A stretch of DNA of 43,660 bases from an uncultured Candidatus Saccharibacteria bacterium (GCA_964374055.1 CAYJWZ010000001.1:1-43660); one strand, 5' to 3'. Positions 8,080 to 17,280 are shown, counted from the stretch's first letter. Notes: generated from the letters alone by a model not told the origin. Translations and numbers: made by a program.

Positions 8080-9285
8080 CTACAGCTTTTGCCAAAGAGT
8101 CAGTTCTCGCCCAACTATAGCATCCGGGCGGCTATACACGGCCTCCTCCCGCCTTGACACAAGCTGTTTTCTACCATAGCCAAGCTGAGCCAATTCGTCA
8201 AGAAACGCCTCTTCAAAAAATGACCATGTTCCATCCTGTTGCCTAAAGACCGGCAATAGAAACAGAATAATCCCACCCAGCTTTAAAACTTCTCGTGCAT
8301 TGCCAAAAAACCGTTTGTACAGCTGCCTAAGGGGGAGGCCTGCCCGCCGAAGCTCTAGCGAAGGCGGGGGAGAGGACAGCGGCCGCCCCAAGTACGGCTC
8401 CGTCACGATCGCATCAATTTTCCCGCGCATATTTTCCGGAAACGGCTGCTGCACATCATGCTTGAAAACGCGCGGCAGAGGGCCGCGCTCCGCGTAGCCC
8501 GAGCTGAGCGAGGGCGAAGTGGGGAAGTGCCCAGCCAAGTAAGCAAGATTCTGTTCGCTGGCCGCCACCATCTTCGGGTTACTATCTGACCCCATCATCG
8601 TGTGCCCGAGTAGCCAGCCTTCCTGCAGGACAACCCCCGTGCCACAAAACGGATCGTAGACCACCCGTTCAGGAGCTGGGCCAACGGCGATGTTCAACAT
8701 GATCTGCGCCAGCTTGGGTGGCAGCATTCCTACCTTGGCATCGCGTGCTGGCCGTGCCGTATCACGCATCTCGTACGCTTGAATATCTTGAATCTGAAGC
8801 GTCTTTCCCATGTACTGTCGCCCACCTAACTCAACAAAAACCAGCTCAACATTTTGCGACGTTAGTAGGGAATTGAACAATACCTGAGCCGCGTTCAGGA
8901 GAGGTGCCTTACCCTTCGGGATAATAAAGCGAACCGATTTATTTTGCTGGCGCAGTATTTTCTTTAGCGCACTACCCAGCGACTTAGCTTGAAGAGCGGG
9001 AAGGCCACTAATACCAAGAGTGATCTTTTTTCCTGTCTCGCCAGAGTGGGGGAGTAGTGGGACAGTTTCTTCAGCACTAAATTGATGATCTTGCTCGGCG
9101 ATAATTTCTACAATTCGATCAGTGCCACCAAGCCTTGTCAAAAAATCCCCCGATAGGGGAGTGATGGTATCGATTAACACAAAACGTCCAAGCGGCTCGC
9201 CCATTACCCGGCCTTCTGGTAAAACCGCTTTAATTTCCGCAACGGACAAGGCAGTGTGCCGTCCCAAGACGAATAAATACTGCAT
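8080..9285 (-). CDS. Trm11/Trm-G10-like SAM-dependent RNA (guanine-N2) methyltransferase
   Basis: N-terminus MQYLFVLGRHTALSVAEIKAVL resembles the Trm11 family; SAM motif I DPFCGTGVVLQEG; motif IV-like TEPYLG. Carries an in-frame copy of a 24-nt repeat (8345-8368). Confidence 0.6.
   Translation of the reverse strand: MQYLFVLGRHTALSVAEIKAVLPEGRVMGEPLGRFVLIDTITPLSGDFLTRLGGTDRIVEIIAEQDHQFSAEETVPLLPHSGETGKKITLGISGLPALQAKSLGSALKKILRQQNKSVRFIIPKGKAPLLNAAQVLFNSLLTSQNVELVFVELGGRQYMGKTLQIQDIQAYEMRDTARPARDAKVGMLPPKLAQIMLNIAVGPAPERVVYDPFCGTGVVLQEGWLLGHTMMGSDSNPKMVAASEQNLAYLAGHFPTSPSLSSGYAERGPLPRVFKHDVQQPFPENMRGKIDAIVTEPYLGRPLSSPPPSLELRRAGLPLRQLYKRFFGNAREVLKLGGIILFLLPVFRQQDGTWSFFEEAFLDELAQLGYGRKQLVSRREEAVYSRPDAIVGRELTLWQKL
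8345..8368. repeat. 24-nt exact repeat CGCCGAAGCTCTAGCGAAGGCGGG, copy 1 (inside the methyltransferase CDS)
   Basis: Identical 24-mer at 21296-21319; here it encodes SLELRRAG in frame. Confidence 0.8.
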
Positions 9286-9304
9286 TCTGCTACACTACAT
9301 GTGA

Positions 9305-9781
9305 ATGGCTGATTTAACCAGTTTGCGGGTTTTTGTCCAGCGTCATGGTCACCACGCCGGCTTGGTTATACTTGGCCTTTTATTATTCATCGCTGGCTGG
9401 CAAACCGGCCGTGTCATGTCGCCCTACTACACTGCCCACCCCATTGTCTTTAAAGATGTCGTGGCCAACAATACCGGCGACCCGCAGGCCCTCGCTGCGT
9501 TGCAAGCGAAAGCAACACCCTCTCCTTTACGGGGTGAGGTGCCGCATGCCACTGTTGCCGCCGCTATCGCTACCACTCAACAACCTGCCCCGCGAACCCC
9601 GCCATCGGCGGGGGAAGCGGGGTTTTTTGCGAGCAAGAACTCATCTTTGTACCATCACAAAAATTGCCCGGCTGTAAAGCAAATTAAAGAGGCCAATAAA
9701 ATAGCCTTCGCTTCTCGCGAAGAAGCGGAGAAGGCTGGCTTCTCTCCCTCACAGTGCACCAAACAAAAACTGGGGATTTAA
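9305..9781 (+). CDS. Membrane-anchored protein with C-terminal Ada-like/sunset-type metal-binding domain
   Basis: TM helix (HAGLVILGLLLFIAGW), Pro/Ala-rich linker, C-terminal FFASKNSSLYHHKNCPAVKQIK..AFASREEAEKAGFSPSQC. Confidence 0.5.
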   Translation: MADLTSLRVFVQRHGHHAGLVILGLLLFIAGWQTGRVMSPYYTAHPIVFKDVVANNTGDPQALAALQAKATPSPLRGEVPHATVAAAIATTQQPAPRTPPSAGEAGFFASKNSSLYHHKNCPAVKQIKEANKIAFASREEAEKAGFSPSQCTKQKLGI

Positions 9782-9829
9782 GGTAGGCCGCCCTCTGGGC
9801 GAGCCTCGCCCCATCCGGGGGAGGGGGGG
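9782..9829. repeat. GC-rich repeat, left arm of an imperfect inverted pair
   Basis: GTAGGCCGC..GCGAGCCTCGCCCC..GGGGGAGG matches the reverse complement of 10339-10396 in blocks. Confidence 0.45.
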
Positions 9830-10140
9830 AGTGCCTTACTGTAAAGGAAAGGGGTCACTCAGCACGTATCACGAGAGTTAAAACAATTTTATTAAGAATT
9901 AAAACAAATTGACCAAGACACTAGATGTGGTCTAGCCCAAGAAAACCATAGGGAGTATGAAACGTACAAATGTCGCAAAAGAAATATTGTGCGACGTTAT
10001 CCAAACCTTTCCCCTTTTACTTTCCTAATTCTTTTTTACCCCACCACGTCACCCACCACTTCTTCTCCCTCCCGACCACCACTGCCCCACCGGGGCAGAA
10101 AAATTTTATCTCCCCCTTTTTGTGTCGCTACTATATTTTC

Positions 10141-10329
10141 CTAACTCAGGTATTTGATCACTATCGCACCCAGTATCCCAACAGCTCCTACCAGCAAAAT
10201 CCACTTAAGTGTTTTAAAAATAAACCGCGTAAAAAATAAGGCCAATAAAATGACCGCACCGATAAGGATATATGCCTTGTACGGGCCTTCAATAAGCGAA
10301 ATAAACGTTTCCAGGGTGGGTATAGTCAT
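10141..10329 (-). CDS. Small membrane protein (62 aa), hypothetical
   Basis: GGGGGAGGA 8 nt upstream of the ATG on the minus strand; two hydrophobic helices. Confidence 0.45.
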   Translation of the reverse strand: MTIPTLETFISLIEGPYKAYILIGAVILLALFFTRFIFKTLKWILLVGAVGILGAIVIKYLS

Positions 10330-10338
10330 ACGACAAGT

Positions 10339-10396
10339 CCTCCCCCGCCCAAGGGGAGCGAGGCTCGTCTCGCCCCATAGGGGCAGAGCGGCCTAC
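10339..10396. repeat. GC-rich repeat, right arm of an imperfect inverted pair
   Basis: Its reverse complement shares the GTAGGCCGC, GAGCCTCGC and GGGGGAGG blocks with 9782-9829. Confidence 0.45.
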
Positions 10397-10527
10397 TCAC
10401 TCCGCCGGAAAAGTTCACGCCAGAGAAGGCGCAGGATATAGAAAACAGCATAGAATGGCCCCCAGAGTGGTGAAAAGAATATCAGGATACTATCGAAGAG
10501 ATCATCAATATTATAAAAACTAGACAT
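10393..10527 (-). CDS. Possible 44-aa hydrophobic peptide
   Basis: ATG 5 nt after the stop of the M23 peptidase gene; MSSFYNIDDLFDSILIFFSPLWGPFYAVFYILRLLW...; below the ORF-track size cutoff; no RBS seen. Confidence 0.25.
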   Translation of the reverse strand: MSSFYNIDDLFDSILIFFSPLWGPFYAVFYILRLLWRELFRRSE

Positions 10528-10532
10528 AACAA

Positions 10533-11741
10533 CTAGAGATACTGACGGGGATTAACTGGCACATTATTCTTACGCACCTCAAAGTGCAAATGCGGGCCGG
10601 AGGAAAGCCCTGCCCCCCTACTACCTGGCGCACCGCCCGTGTAGCCGATCACCGTCCCCCGCGTGACCAGTTGTCCTTCTCGAATAGCGCCAAAGCCCGA
10701 GACGTGCCCGTAGACCGTCGAAATGGTATCTCCATGCAACAGCAAGATATAACTATATCCCGACCCCCCGGCATCGTGTAAACGAGCCACATAGCCATCA
10801 GCCGGCGCTTTTATCGGTGTCCCCACATAGGTGGGGATATCAATCCCCGAATGCGGACCGATTAAATAGGCATAGGGGTACCCTTCGCAGTGGAATTCGC
10901 AAGAAACACCAAAAACTGGCTCAATTGGCCAACGGAACGTGCCGACCGAGGGCAATTTGCCAAAACCTTGTTTTTCTAACTCCTCGCGAATCAAGCGATC
11001 CAATTGACTAATTTCTGCCTCGGCTTGCTTATGGGCCTGTTGCGATTGTTGCAGGAGGGCTGTGAATTCTCTTTCCTGTGAGTGGGTAAGATCAAGAATA
11101 CGCTGCTTGGCCCGTTGCTGCGATTCAAGTGTTTTTTGTTGTTGTTCCTGCTGGCGGCGCAGCGCTTCCAGTGTTTCTTTAAAATCCGTTAAGTCGCGGC
11201 GTTTTTCGGTGAGTTCCTTATGTAACGCCTGAATGCGGTTGAGCGTCTCCTGTCCCCTATTTTGTAATTCTTCAAACGTGCTTGCCTCAGTGACCATATC
11301 CGAAAACGTTTGATATTTCAAAAACACCGTCACGGAAGATTGTTGTTCTACGGTATACAACTGCCGAATATATTCAGCTAAAATAGTTTTTTGCCGAGCC
11401 ATTTCTTGTTCCCGATCAACAATTTCAGCCGACACTTCTTCTATCTCCGTACCGGTTTTTCCTATTTCAGCCGTCGTTTTTTCAAGTGATAATTCTAACT
11501 CCTGAATATTATCTTCGATAATCCCAATTTGTCCTTCAAGCGTACGGGCTTCCTTTTTCTTTAACTGAATGTTACCTCTGAACTCCTTGACCCTTTTTTC
11601 AATCGATTCAAGTTGGCCTTTTTTCGACTGCAGCTCTGCCCGTAATTCTTCCACTGTTTTTCCCCACGCTTCAACGGGGAACATCGCGATAGCGACCATC
11701 GCCAGCGCGCCAACCAAAAAAAGACTATAATGCCTAGTCAC
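10533..11741 (-). CDS. M23/LytM peptidase with long N-terminal coiled coil (EnvC-like)
   Basis: N-terminal signal/TM, about 230 aa of Q/E/K-rich coiled coil, C-terminal HSGIDI, HGDTISTVYGH and GPHLHFEV metal-binding motifs. Confidence 0.85.
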   Translation of the reverse strand: MTRHYSLFLVGALAMVAIAMFPVEAWGKTVEELRAELQSKKGQLESIEKRVKEFRGNIQLKKKEARTLEGQIGIIEDNIQELELSLEKTTAEIGKTGTEIEEVSAEIVDREQEMARQKTILAEYIRQLYTVEQQSSVTVFLKYQTFSDMVTEASTFEELQNRGQETLNRIQALHKELTEKRRDLTDFKETLEALRRQQEQQQKTLESQQRAKQRILDLTHSQEREFTALLQQSQQAHKQAEAEISQLDRLIREELEKQGFGKLPSVGTFRWPIEPVFGVSCEFHCEGYPYAYLIGPHSGIDIPTYVGTPIKAPADGYVARLHDAGGSGYSYILLLHGDTISTVYGHVSGFGAIREGQLVTRGTVIGYTGGAPGSRGAGLSSGPHLHFEVRKNNVPVNPRQYL

Positions 11742-11765
11742 GGCCTTCAGTATAGCTTATAGGGC

Positions 11766-11858
11766 CTAGAAGAACGATAGCAGTGTCATGCCAAGGACCA
11801 CCACGGCGGTCACTGTAATTAGAATGATTCGCTGCCAGCGCGGTGTTCGTTTGCTCAT
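11766..11858 (-). CDS. Possible 30-aa single-TM peptide
   Basis: Its ATG overlaps the gltX stop (ATGA); MSKRTPRWQRIILITVTAVVVLGMTLLSFF. Confidence 0.25.
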   Translation of the reverse strand: MSKRTPRWQRIILITVTAVVVLGMTLLSFF

Positions 11859-13171
11859 GGACTTATTTTAGCCAAGGCGGCGCTAATTCGTCGAATAGTA
11901 TCTTCTTTTCCCAGCACAGCCGCCACTTCAAACGGCCCCGGTGAATGTTCTCGGCCCGTCAATGCTACCCGTAGCGGCCACAGCGTCTCTCCCCTACCCA
12001 ACTGCTGAGCATCAATCCAGTCGAGCATTTTTTTCTGTAATACGTCTGGCGAAAAGCCATCACTCTCAGCCTCGAACACCTCCTGGCAAAGTTTTAGCCG
12101 CCGCTGTGCTGCGTCCAGCGTGCTCTTTCTCCAAATCAGCCGCTCGGCTGGATAATCACCCGGTCCACCGGGTAAGAAAAACCGAATTGCCTCCGGCAAT
12201 GCGGCCAGCGTAGCCACGCGCGCCTGTTCCGTCACGAGCGCCGCCTTGAGGCGTGCAGCGTTACTTAAATCAATCCCCGCTTGTTCCAAAAATGGCTTGG
12301 TGCGTTCAAAGAGCACTGCCGGGGAAAGCTGGCCAATATAGTGCTGATTTATGCTATTGAGTTTAAGTAACGAAAAAGCTGCCGACCCCTTCTGGATGCC
12401 TTCGAGCGAAAAAGCTTTAACCAGCTCATCATGGGTAAAAAATTCCTGATCAGTTTTTGGATTCCAGCCGAGCAAAGCCAGGTAGTTAAGTAGTGCTTCC
12501 GGCAAATATCCGTTATCGCGATAACTTAATAAATCCGTATCACCGGCCCGTTTGGAAAGCTTGCGGCGTTTTTCATCCACCAACAGCGGCACGTGCGCAT
12601 AATGAGGTGTTGGGTAACCCAACGCGCGCTGCAGTAAAATCTGCCGCGCCGTATTGCTGATATGATCTTCCCCTCGGATCACATGGGTAATTTCCATCTG
12701 GGCGTCGTCAACCACCACTGCTAAGTGATAAAGCGGATCAGTTACCGATCGCGCAATCACAAAATCACCGCCAAAACTGTCGGTGTGAGTTTTCACCGGC
12801 CCGCGCACGACGTCTTCAAACACCACTTCCTGCGGTTCAACTTTGAGTCGAACCGCTTCCTCCCCTTCTTTCTTATATACCTTGCCCTCGGCCAGTAATC
12901 GCGCTAGTTCTTTCTGATATAGTTCGCCGCGTTCTGATTGCCGAAACGGCCCTTCGTCCCAGATCAAACCCAGCCACTGAAGGCCCTCCAAAATATTCTG
13001 CTCATAGTCTGGCTTGGAGCGCGCCCGATCAGTGTCCTCAAAGCGCAAAATAACCACCCCGCCCTGTGATCGGGCGAAAAATTCATTAAACAAAGCTGTC
13101 CGCGCCGTGCCGACATGCAAATTTCCCGTCGGGCTCGGCGGTATCCGCACCCGGACTTTTTGTTGAGCCAT
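11855..13171 (-). CDS. gltX: Glutamyl-tRNA synthetase
   Basis: PSPTGNLHVGTARTALFN (HIGH-type) and KLSKR (KMSKS-type). Start set to ATG 13171 (MAQQKVRV) rather than the TTG at 13189. Confidence 0.9.
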   Translation of the reverse strand: MAQQKVRVRIPPSPTGNLHVGTARTALFNEFFARSQGGVVILRFEDTDRARSKPDYEQNILEGLQWLGLIWDEGPFRQSERGELYQKELARLLAEGKVYKKEGEEAVRLKVEPQEVVFEDVVRGPVKTHTDSFGGDFVIARSVTDPLYHLAVVVDDAQMEITHVIRGEDHISNTARQILLQRALGYPTPHYAHVPLLVDEKRRKLSKRAGDTDLLSYRDNGYLPEALLNYLALLGWNPKTDQEFFTHDELVKAFSLEGIQKGSAAFSLLKLNSINQHYIGQLSPAVLFERTKPFLEQAGIDLSNAARLKAALVTEQARVATLAALPEAIRFFLPGGPGDYPAERLIWRKSTLDAAQRRLKLCQEVFEAESDGFSPDVLQKKMLDWIDAQQLGRGETLWPLRVALTGREHSPGPFEVAAVLGKEDTIRRISAALAKISP

Positions 13172-13189
13172 AGACTCTTTATATACCAA

Positions 13190-13217
13190 AGACCGTTGCG
13201 GTGCACCGCAACGGTCT
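13190..13217 (-). terminator. Perfect 12-bp palindromic hairpin between two minus-strand genes
   Basis: AGACCGTTGCGG-tgca-CCGCAACGGTCT, followed on the minus strand by TTGGTATAT. Confidence 0.5.
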
Positions 13218-13245
13218 TATCTTTGGCTCCACCGGCTGTTTATTT

Positions 13246-13797
13246 CTATTTTGTATATTTACTCAAATTCTTGAGTTGCTTCTCGTTCAATTCCTTCGCG
13301 GCGGCGACTGCATCAGCTATCAATTTGTAGGAAATCTCCTGCTCTGCCCCTAACCGTAAACCCTTCCGACTGATCTGGTCTTTGATATAATCCTCGATGT
13401 AGATCTTGTGTTCCGCTGTCACCTCGTACCCGGCCTGATTCTCTTGTAACCAGCGTGCGGCAGCCCGTCGCGCCAAGTGCGTTACCCCTTCACCCCGCTG
13501 GGCTACTTCCACAAACGCTGTGTCCGTCCGCCGGGCTTCCGGCAATGGCGTAGCTTCGGCTACTTTCTGCGTTATGGAAGCCGTCGGCGATTCCGGCGTG
13601 GGTGATCCACTGCCCGGCGTAGCCAACTCCGTCGGCGTTGGCGTAACTGCTTCATTAGGAGTTTCGCGCGGCCCCGAAAAAGCGTAAATTGCCGCCGCCA
13701 CAATCAGAATGATAATCAGCGCTGAAACCGTGCGTGGTGATTCTTTAATACGTTGCAATAACCCCTCATCCTGCGGTGTGTTATTCATCGCCGTCAC
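13246..13797 (-). CDS. Membrane-anchored hypothetical protein with Pro/Thr-rich linker (183 aa)
   Basis: TM helix (VSALIIILIVAAAIYAF), PT-rich linker, C-terminal globular region; no family recognised. Confidence 0.6.
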   Translation of the reverse strand: MTAMNNTPQDEGLLQRIKESPRTVSALIIILIVAAAIYAFSGPRETPNEAVTPTPTELATPGSGSPTPESPTASITQKVAEATPLPEARRTDTAFVEVAQRGEGVTHLARRAAARWLQENQAGYEVTAEHKIYIEDYIKDQISRKGLRLGAEQEISYKLIADAVAAAKELNEKQLKNLSKYTK

Positions 13798-13862
13798 CTC
13801 CTTCTACTGCTGCGCTCTCTTTTCTAAGCATCATATCACCTTAGAGAGGGGCGCCAACGAGG

Positions 13863-14648
13863 TCAAACCGACCTTTGCACACCTTTCTTCTGGGCGTGGA
13901 TCAAAATCGGAAAACGCACCGCTGCCTGCCAGATCCGGGGCAAACGGCGCGGCTCCAACGTCAGGCGCCACAACCATTCCAGGTTAAGTTTGCGTAACAC
14001 GTCAGGCGCGCGCGGCCGCTCTTCCGCTAAGATTGCAAATACACCACCCACCCCCACGGCTACTCCATGTAATTTTTTCCGATGGCGTTCAATCCAAATT
14101 GTCTGTCGGGGTGAACCATAGGCGACTAACAACACGGTGGGGTGCTTAGCTGTAATATCTTTGAGAATATCGGCTGGCCCATCGAGCGAAAAAGCATGGG
14201 GGCGCGAAGTAAAAAGCTGCAAGTTCGGAAAATTTCTCTGCAGCGCCGCCGCTGTTCCGGCCACCTGAGCGGCTGTGCCCCCCAAAAGATACATGCTATG
14301 GCCGGCTTCAGAACAACGTTTCGCCAGTTCTTGCACGAGCTCTACCCCCGTCACTCGCTCGGCTGATTGAAACATAAAAGCCAGTAGACTGGGCCCGAGT
14401 GACCAGTAGGTGGAACGCAAATACCACCGCGCCCAAATAATTCCCGCGCCATCAGGAACACGCACATCGGCGGCTGCCACCGCCTCCCGGAAAATCAGGT
14501 TTGTCTGGGCCTGCATTACCATCTCCGGATTAAGGGTGACTACATGATGCAAGCTATCGCCCGTGAGCCAACTGGCCACCTCCGCCCAAAAAGCCTCTGG
14601 CCTAACAAAATCAGCTTCTACCGTGCCGAGCCGTTCTCGTTCGGTCAT
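13863..14648 (-). CDS. WecG/TagA/CpsF-family glycosyltransferase
   Basis: VVTLNPEMVMQA, VPDGAGIIWA, VAYGSPRQTIWI, VGGVFAILAE..RAP, LEWLWRLTLEPRR. Confidence 0.8.
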   Translation of the reverse strand: MTERERLGTVEADFVRPEAFWAEVASWLTGDSLHHVVTLNPEMVMQAQTNLIFREAVAAADVRVPDGAGIIWARWYLRSTYWSLGPSLLAFMFQSAERVTGVELVQELAKRCSEAGHSMYLLGGTAAQVAGTAAALQRNFPNLQLFTSRPHAFSLDGPADILKDITAKHPTVLLVAYGSPRQTIWIERHRKKLHGVAVGVGGVFAILAEERPRAPDVLRKLNLEWLWRLTLEPRRLPRIWQAAVRFPILIHAQKKGVQRSV

Positions 14649-14657
14649 AGTACTACC

Positions 14658-15194
14658 TTACGCAAAGGGGATCGTTCCCTCAATAACATAATCACGCACG
14701 AGCTGCGCCGTCGTTGGCACAAACGTTGTCGCTGGCAATAACCGGTCCGCCAGTGTTGTGGGCTGCTCGTCCGAAAAATCTCCCAGTCGAATATGTGGCA
14801 CCCACGGGCGGTTCGTAGGTAGAACCGGAACATCTGCTCGCTGCAGCCGGGCCAATAACTGCTGTCGCAAATTAATCAACGCTGGCGTGACTTGAACATA
14901 TACCCATAATTGTTTGCCCCTCTTGCCCGCCGTACCTGCCTGCCGGCCAGGCAGGGCCCGGGCGGAGGAGGGCCCGGCGTAACGCAGTGAAATAGTTGGT
15001 AAGAAAGATTGGGAAAGCGGTTGCGTAAGCGCCGGTAACCAACTGGCCACATGCTCGACCTCTCCCAGCCGGACCAGTAGTATATGCCATGTATCACGCG
15101 GCGCCGGCTCAGTCAGTTGAGGTCCAAAAGAATCAATCGTTGTCTGCAAAACAGTCGCCACATGATCAGGAACGAGTACGCCAATAAACAACAT
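14658..15194 (-). CDS. 2H-phosphoesterase (LigT/ThpR-like) protein with degenerate HxT motifs
   Basis: MLFIGVLVP start; WHILLVRLGEV and PHIRLGDF at the positions of the two HxT/S motifs. Confidence 0.45.
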   Translation of the reverse strand: MLFIGVLVPDHVATVLQTTIDSFGPQLTEPAPRDTWHILLVRLGEVEHVASWLPALTQPLSQSFLPTISLRYAGPSSARALPGRQAGTAGKRGKQLWVYVQVTPALINLRQQLLARLQRADVPVLPTNRPWVPHIRLGDFSDEQPTTLADRLLPATTFVPTTAQLVRDYVIEGTIPFA

Positions 15195-15221
15195 AGTTTA
15201 AGATCAGTGTACAATACTCCG

Positions 15222-15725
15222 ATGACCAACCCGACTAAATTAGCCCGTTTAACCACCGAGACCTACCTGTTATATGGCACCCCCCCGGCGTTGCCGGCCC
15301 ATGTGGTGCCTGAACTACTACAACAGCGCGCCTGTTACGTCACGATTCTGGAAAACCCCGGCCGCCTCATCCGCGGCATGAGTGGTTCGCCACTCCCCAC
15401 TCATCTGACACTCGCCGAAGAAATTATCAAACACACCCTGGCCGCTCTCCACCCGCCGCTGCGCCGGGCCGATCTCCCCCACCTCCTCTTTATCGTGGGA
15501 GTCGTGAGCCATATGCAACGTATTAGCGATGCTTCCCACCTCGATCCGCAGCAATTTGGCCTCTATGTTCGCACCGAACAGAATCAGACGGCCACGGTGA
15601 TGCCCCAGCGGCTCGGCATTGAAACCGGCGATGACCAGATTGCCACCGCCTTACGGGAAGCGAATATTAATCCGCGCCACGTACTACCCACCCTCTATCG
15701 TTTTCGCGTCACCTGGTATGAGTGA
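15222..15725 (+). CDS. AMMECR1-like protein (weak call)
   Basis: RACYVTILENPGRLIRGMSGSPLP loosely matches the AMMECR1 core (..FVTL...LRGCIG..PL). Start ATG 15222 sits 6 nt after TACAAT. Confidence 0.35.
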   Translation: MTNPTKLARLTTETYLLYGTPPALPAHVVPELLQQRACYVTILENPGRLIRGMSGSPLPTHLTLAEEIIKHTLAALHPPLRRADLPHLLFIVGVVSHMQRISDASHLDPQQFGLYVRTEQNQTATVMPQRLGIETGDDQIATALREANINPRHVLPTLYRFRVTWYE

Positions 15726-17280
15726 TCGTTTGGTCGAGGTCGCCCCGGCTGTTCCGTTGAACGCGACTGCTCGCCAAACATACACCTATCGCCTCACCGC
15801 CCCGCCGTCCGAACCACTGCTCTACCGCTCTGTCCGTATTTTACTGGGAAGTCGTCGTACGCATGGCTTTATCATCAGCGAAGCTAGCAAGCTACCCAGC
15901 TATCCACTGAAAACCGCCCACCTTTTAGCGACCGTCGCTTTAACCGCCGCCCAGGTTAGCTTCGCCGAATGGTTGCACACCACCCAACGGGGCGGCTTAG
16001 GCTACACCCTTCGCCTTTTTTCCCCGCCGACCGAGCCTATCGCCGTGTCCAGAAAAAAACACCTAACCCAAAAGCCCCGGGCTATCATTCAGGTCAACCC
16101 TGCCAAGCGGTGGGCTGCACTTGGCCGACAACTGCAACCGTATCTCAAGAAAAAACAGCCGGTGTTAATTATTGTTCCCGAAAAATGGCTGCTTGAACCA
16201 CTGGCCGCCGTGCTGGCCAAAAAACTGGCGTGTTCACCGCTCATTATTCACGCTGGCCTCAAAAAAAGTACGCTCCAGCGGGCCATCCATGCTATTACGC
16301 ACCATACCCCACTGATCATCGGCACCCAAAAAGCGCTTTTTCTCCCCTACCCGGCACTCGGCGCCGTGGTCTTAGAAGCAGAAAATTATCAAACACACAA
16401 ATTGTGGGATCAATATCCCCGCCTCTCCAACTGGCATGGAGCGGAGCAAGTGGCCAGTCTCCACCGCGCTACCCTTATCTATAGCACTAGTTTCCCCTCC
16501 GTCCGACTCTATGGCCGCCTTCAGACCGAAAAAATAAAAAGCATCGGCCGGCTGACAACACTCCCCAAAACACACGTGCTACCTCTCTCCTTTTCTGAGC
16601 GTCAACAGAACCATTTTCTTCCCCGGCCGCTTATTAGTTTAATGCGCGGGTGGTTAAAGAAAAAAAATGTTGGGACTATCGGGCTGGTGCACACCCTCTC
16701 ATTAAACCGCGCCAAAGAGCTTCGCCACACCCTGTATACCGCGCTTGGTCGATCAGCCAATCTGATCGTTGGCACACCCTCTGAAATCACTGGCCAAGCA
16801 AAAAGGCCGTATCAGCAGCTTATCTGGCTCTTTCCAGAAACTATTTTACGCTACCCCGACTATCGTAGCCGTGAACAGGCCTATACCCTACTCCAACGTT
16901 TCGCCCAGCTCCTCCCCCGCCAGCAATCTATATATCTGATCACTCGTTTCCCTCGCCAACTTGAACAGGAATTACTCATCCCTCCTGCCGACTATTTCGA
17001 GCAGGAATTAAAAGCTCGTCAGCGGCTGTCCTATCCGCCGTTTGCCGAAGTGGTACGCCTGACCATCACTGACCGTACGGCCAAACAAGCTGAAGCGGCC
17101 GCCGCCAAAGTCCGCCAACAACTAGAAGCCCATGGGCTGGTACGTGGACCACTGGCCGCGCTGCACAACACGAAGTCGGAACGCCATCTTATTCTCCGTG
17201 GGCCGCTGGCCACGCTGACCGCACTCTATCACGATATAAAAATCAGCCGCGCTGACCTTGACCCCTTCAGACTTCTATAA
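15718..17280 (+). CDS. PriA (primosomal protein N')-like protein lacking ATPase and zinc-finger motifs
   Basis: N-terminus VEVAPAVPLNATARQTYTYRL and C-terminal RLSYPPFAEVVRLTI are PriA-like. Expected GSGKT is absent, DEEH is replaced by LEAENY, and there are no CxxC pairs. ATG 15718 overlaps the upstream stop. Confidence 0.55.
   Translation: MSDRLVEVAPAVPLNATARQTYTYRLTAPPSEPLLYRSVRILLGSRRTHGFIISEASKLPSYPLKTAHLLATVALTAAQVSFAEWLHTTQRGGLGYTLRLFSPPTEPIAVSRKKHLTQKPRAIIQVNPAKRWAALGRQLQPYLKKKQPVLIIVPEKWLLEPLAAVLAKKLACSPLIIHAGLKKSTLQRAIHAITHHTPLIIGTQKALFLPYPALGAVVLEAENYQTHKLWDQYPRLSNWHGAEQVASLHRATLIYSTSFPSVRLYGRLQTEKIKSIGRLTTLPKTHVLPLSFSERQQNHFLPRPLISLMRGWLKKKNVGTIGLVHTLSLNRAKELRHTLYTALGRSANLIVGTPSEITGQAKRPYQQLIWLFPETILRYPDYRSREQAYTLLQRFAQLLPRQQSIYLITRFPRQLEQELLIPPADYFEQELKARQRLSYPPFAEVVRLTITDRTAKQAEAAAAKVRQQLEAHGLVRGPLAALHNTKSERHLILRGPLATLTALYHDIKISRADLDPFRLL

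Noticed and set aside
9970-10239. 89-aa plus-strand ORF in the AT-rich segment
   Set aside because: The translation is low-complexity, there is no RBS, and it overlaps the better-supported minus-strand 62-aa ORF.
10533-11741. Functional linkage of the EnvC-like M23 peptidase with ftsEX (42510-43660) as a notable finding
   Set aside because: The FtsEX-EnvC partnership is well known, the genes are 31 kb apart here, and nothing in the sequence is unusual.
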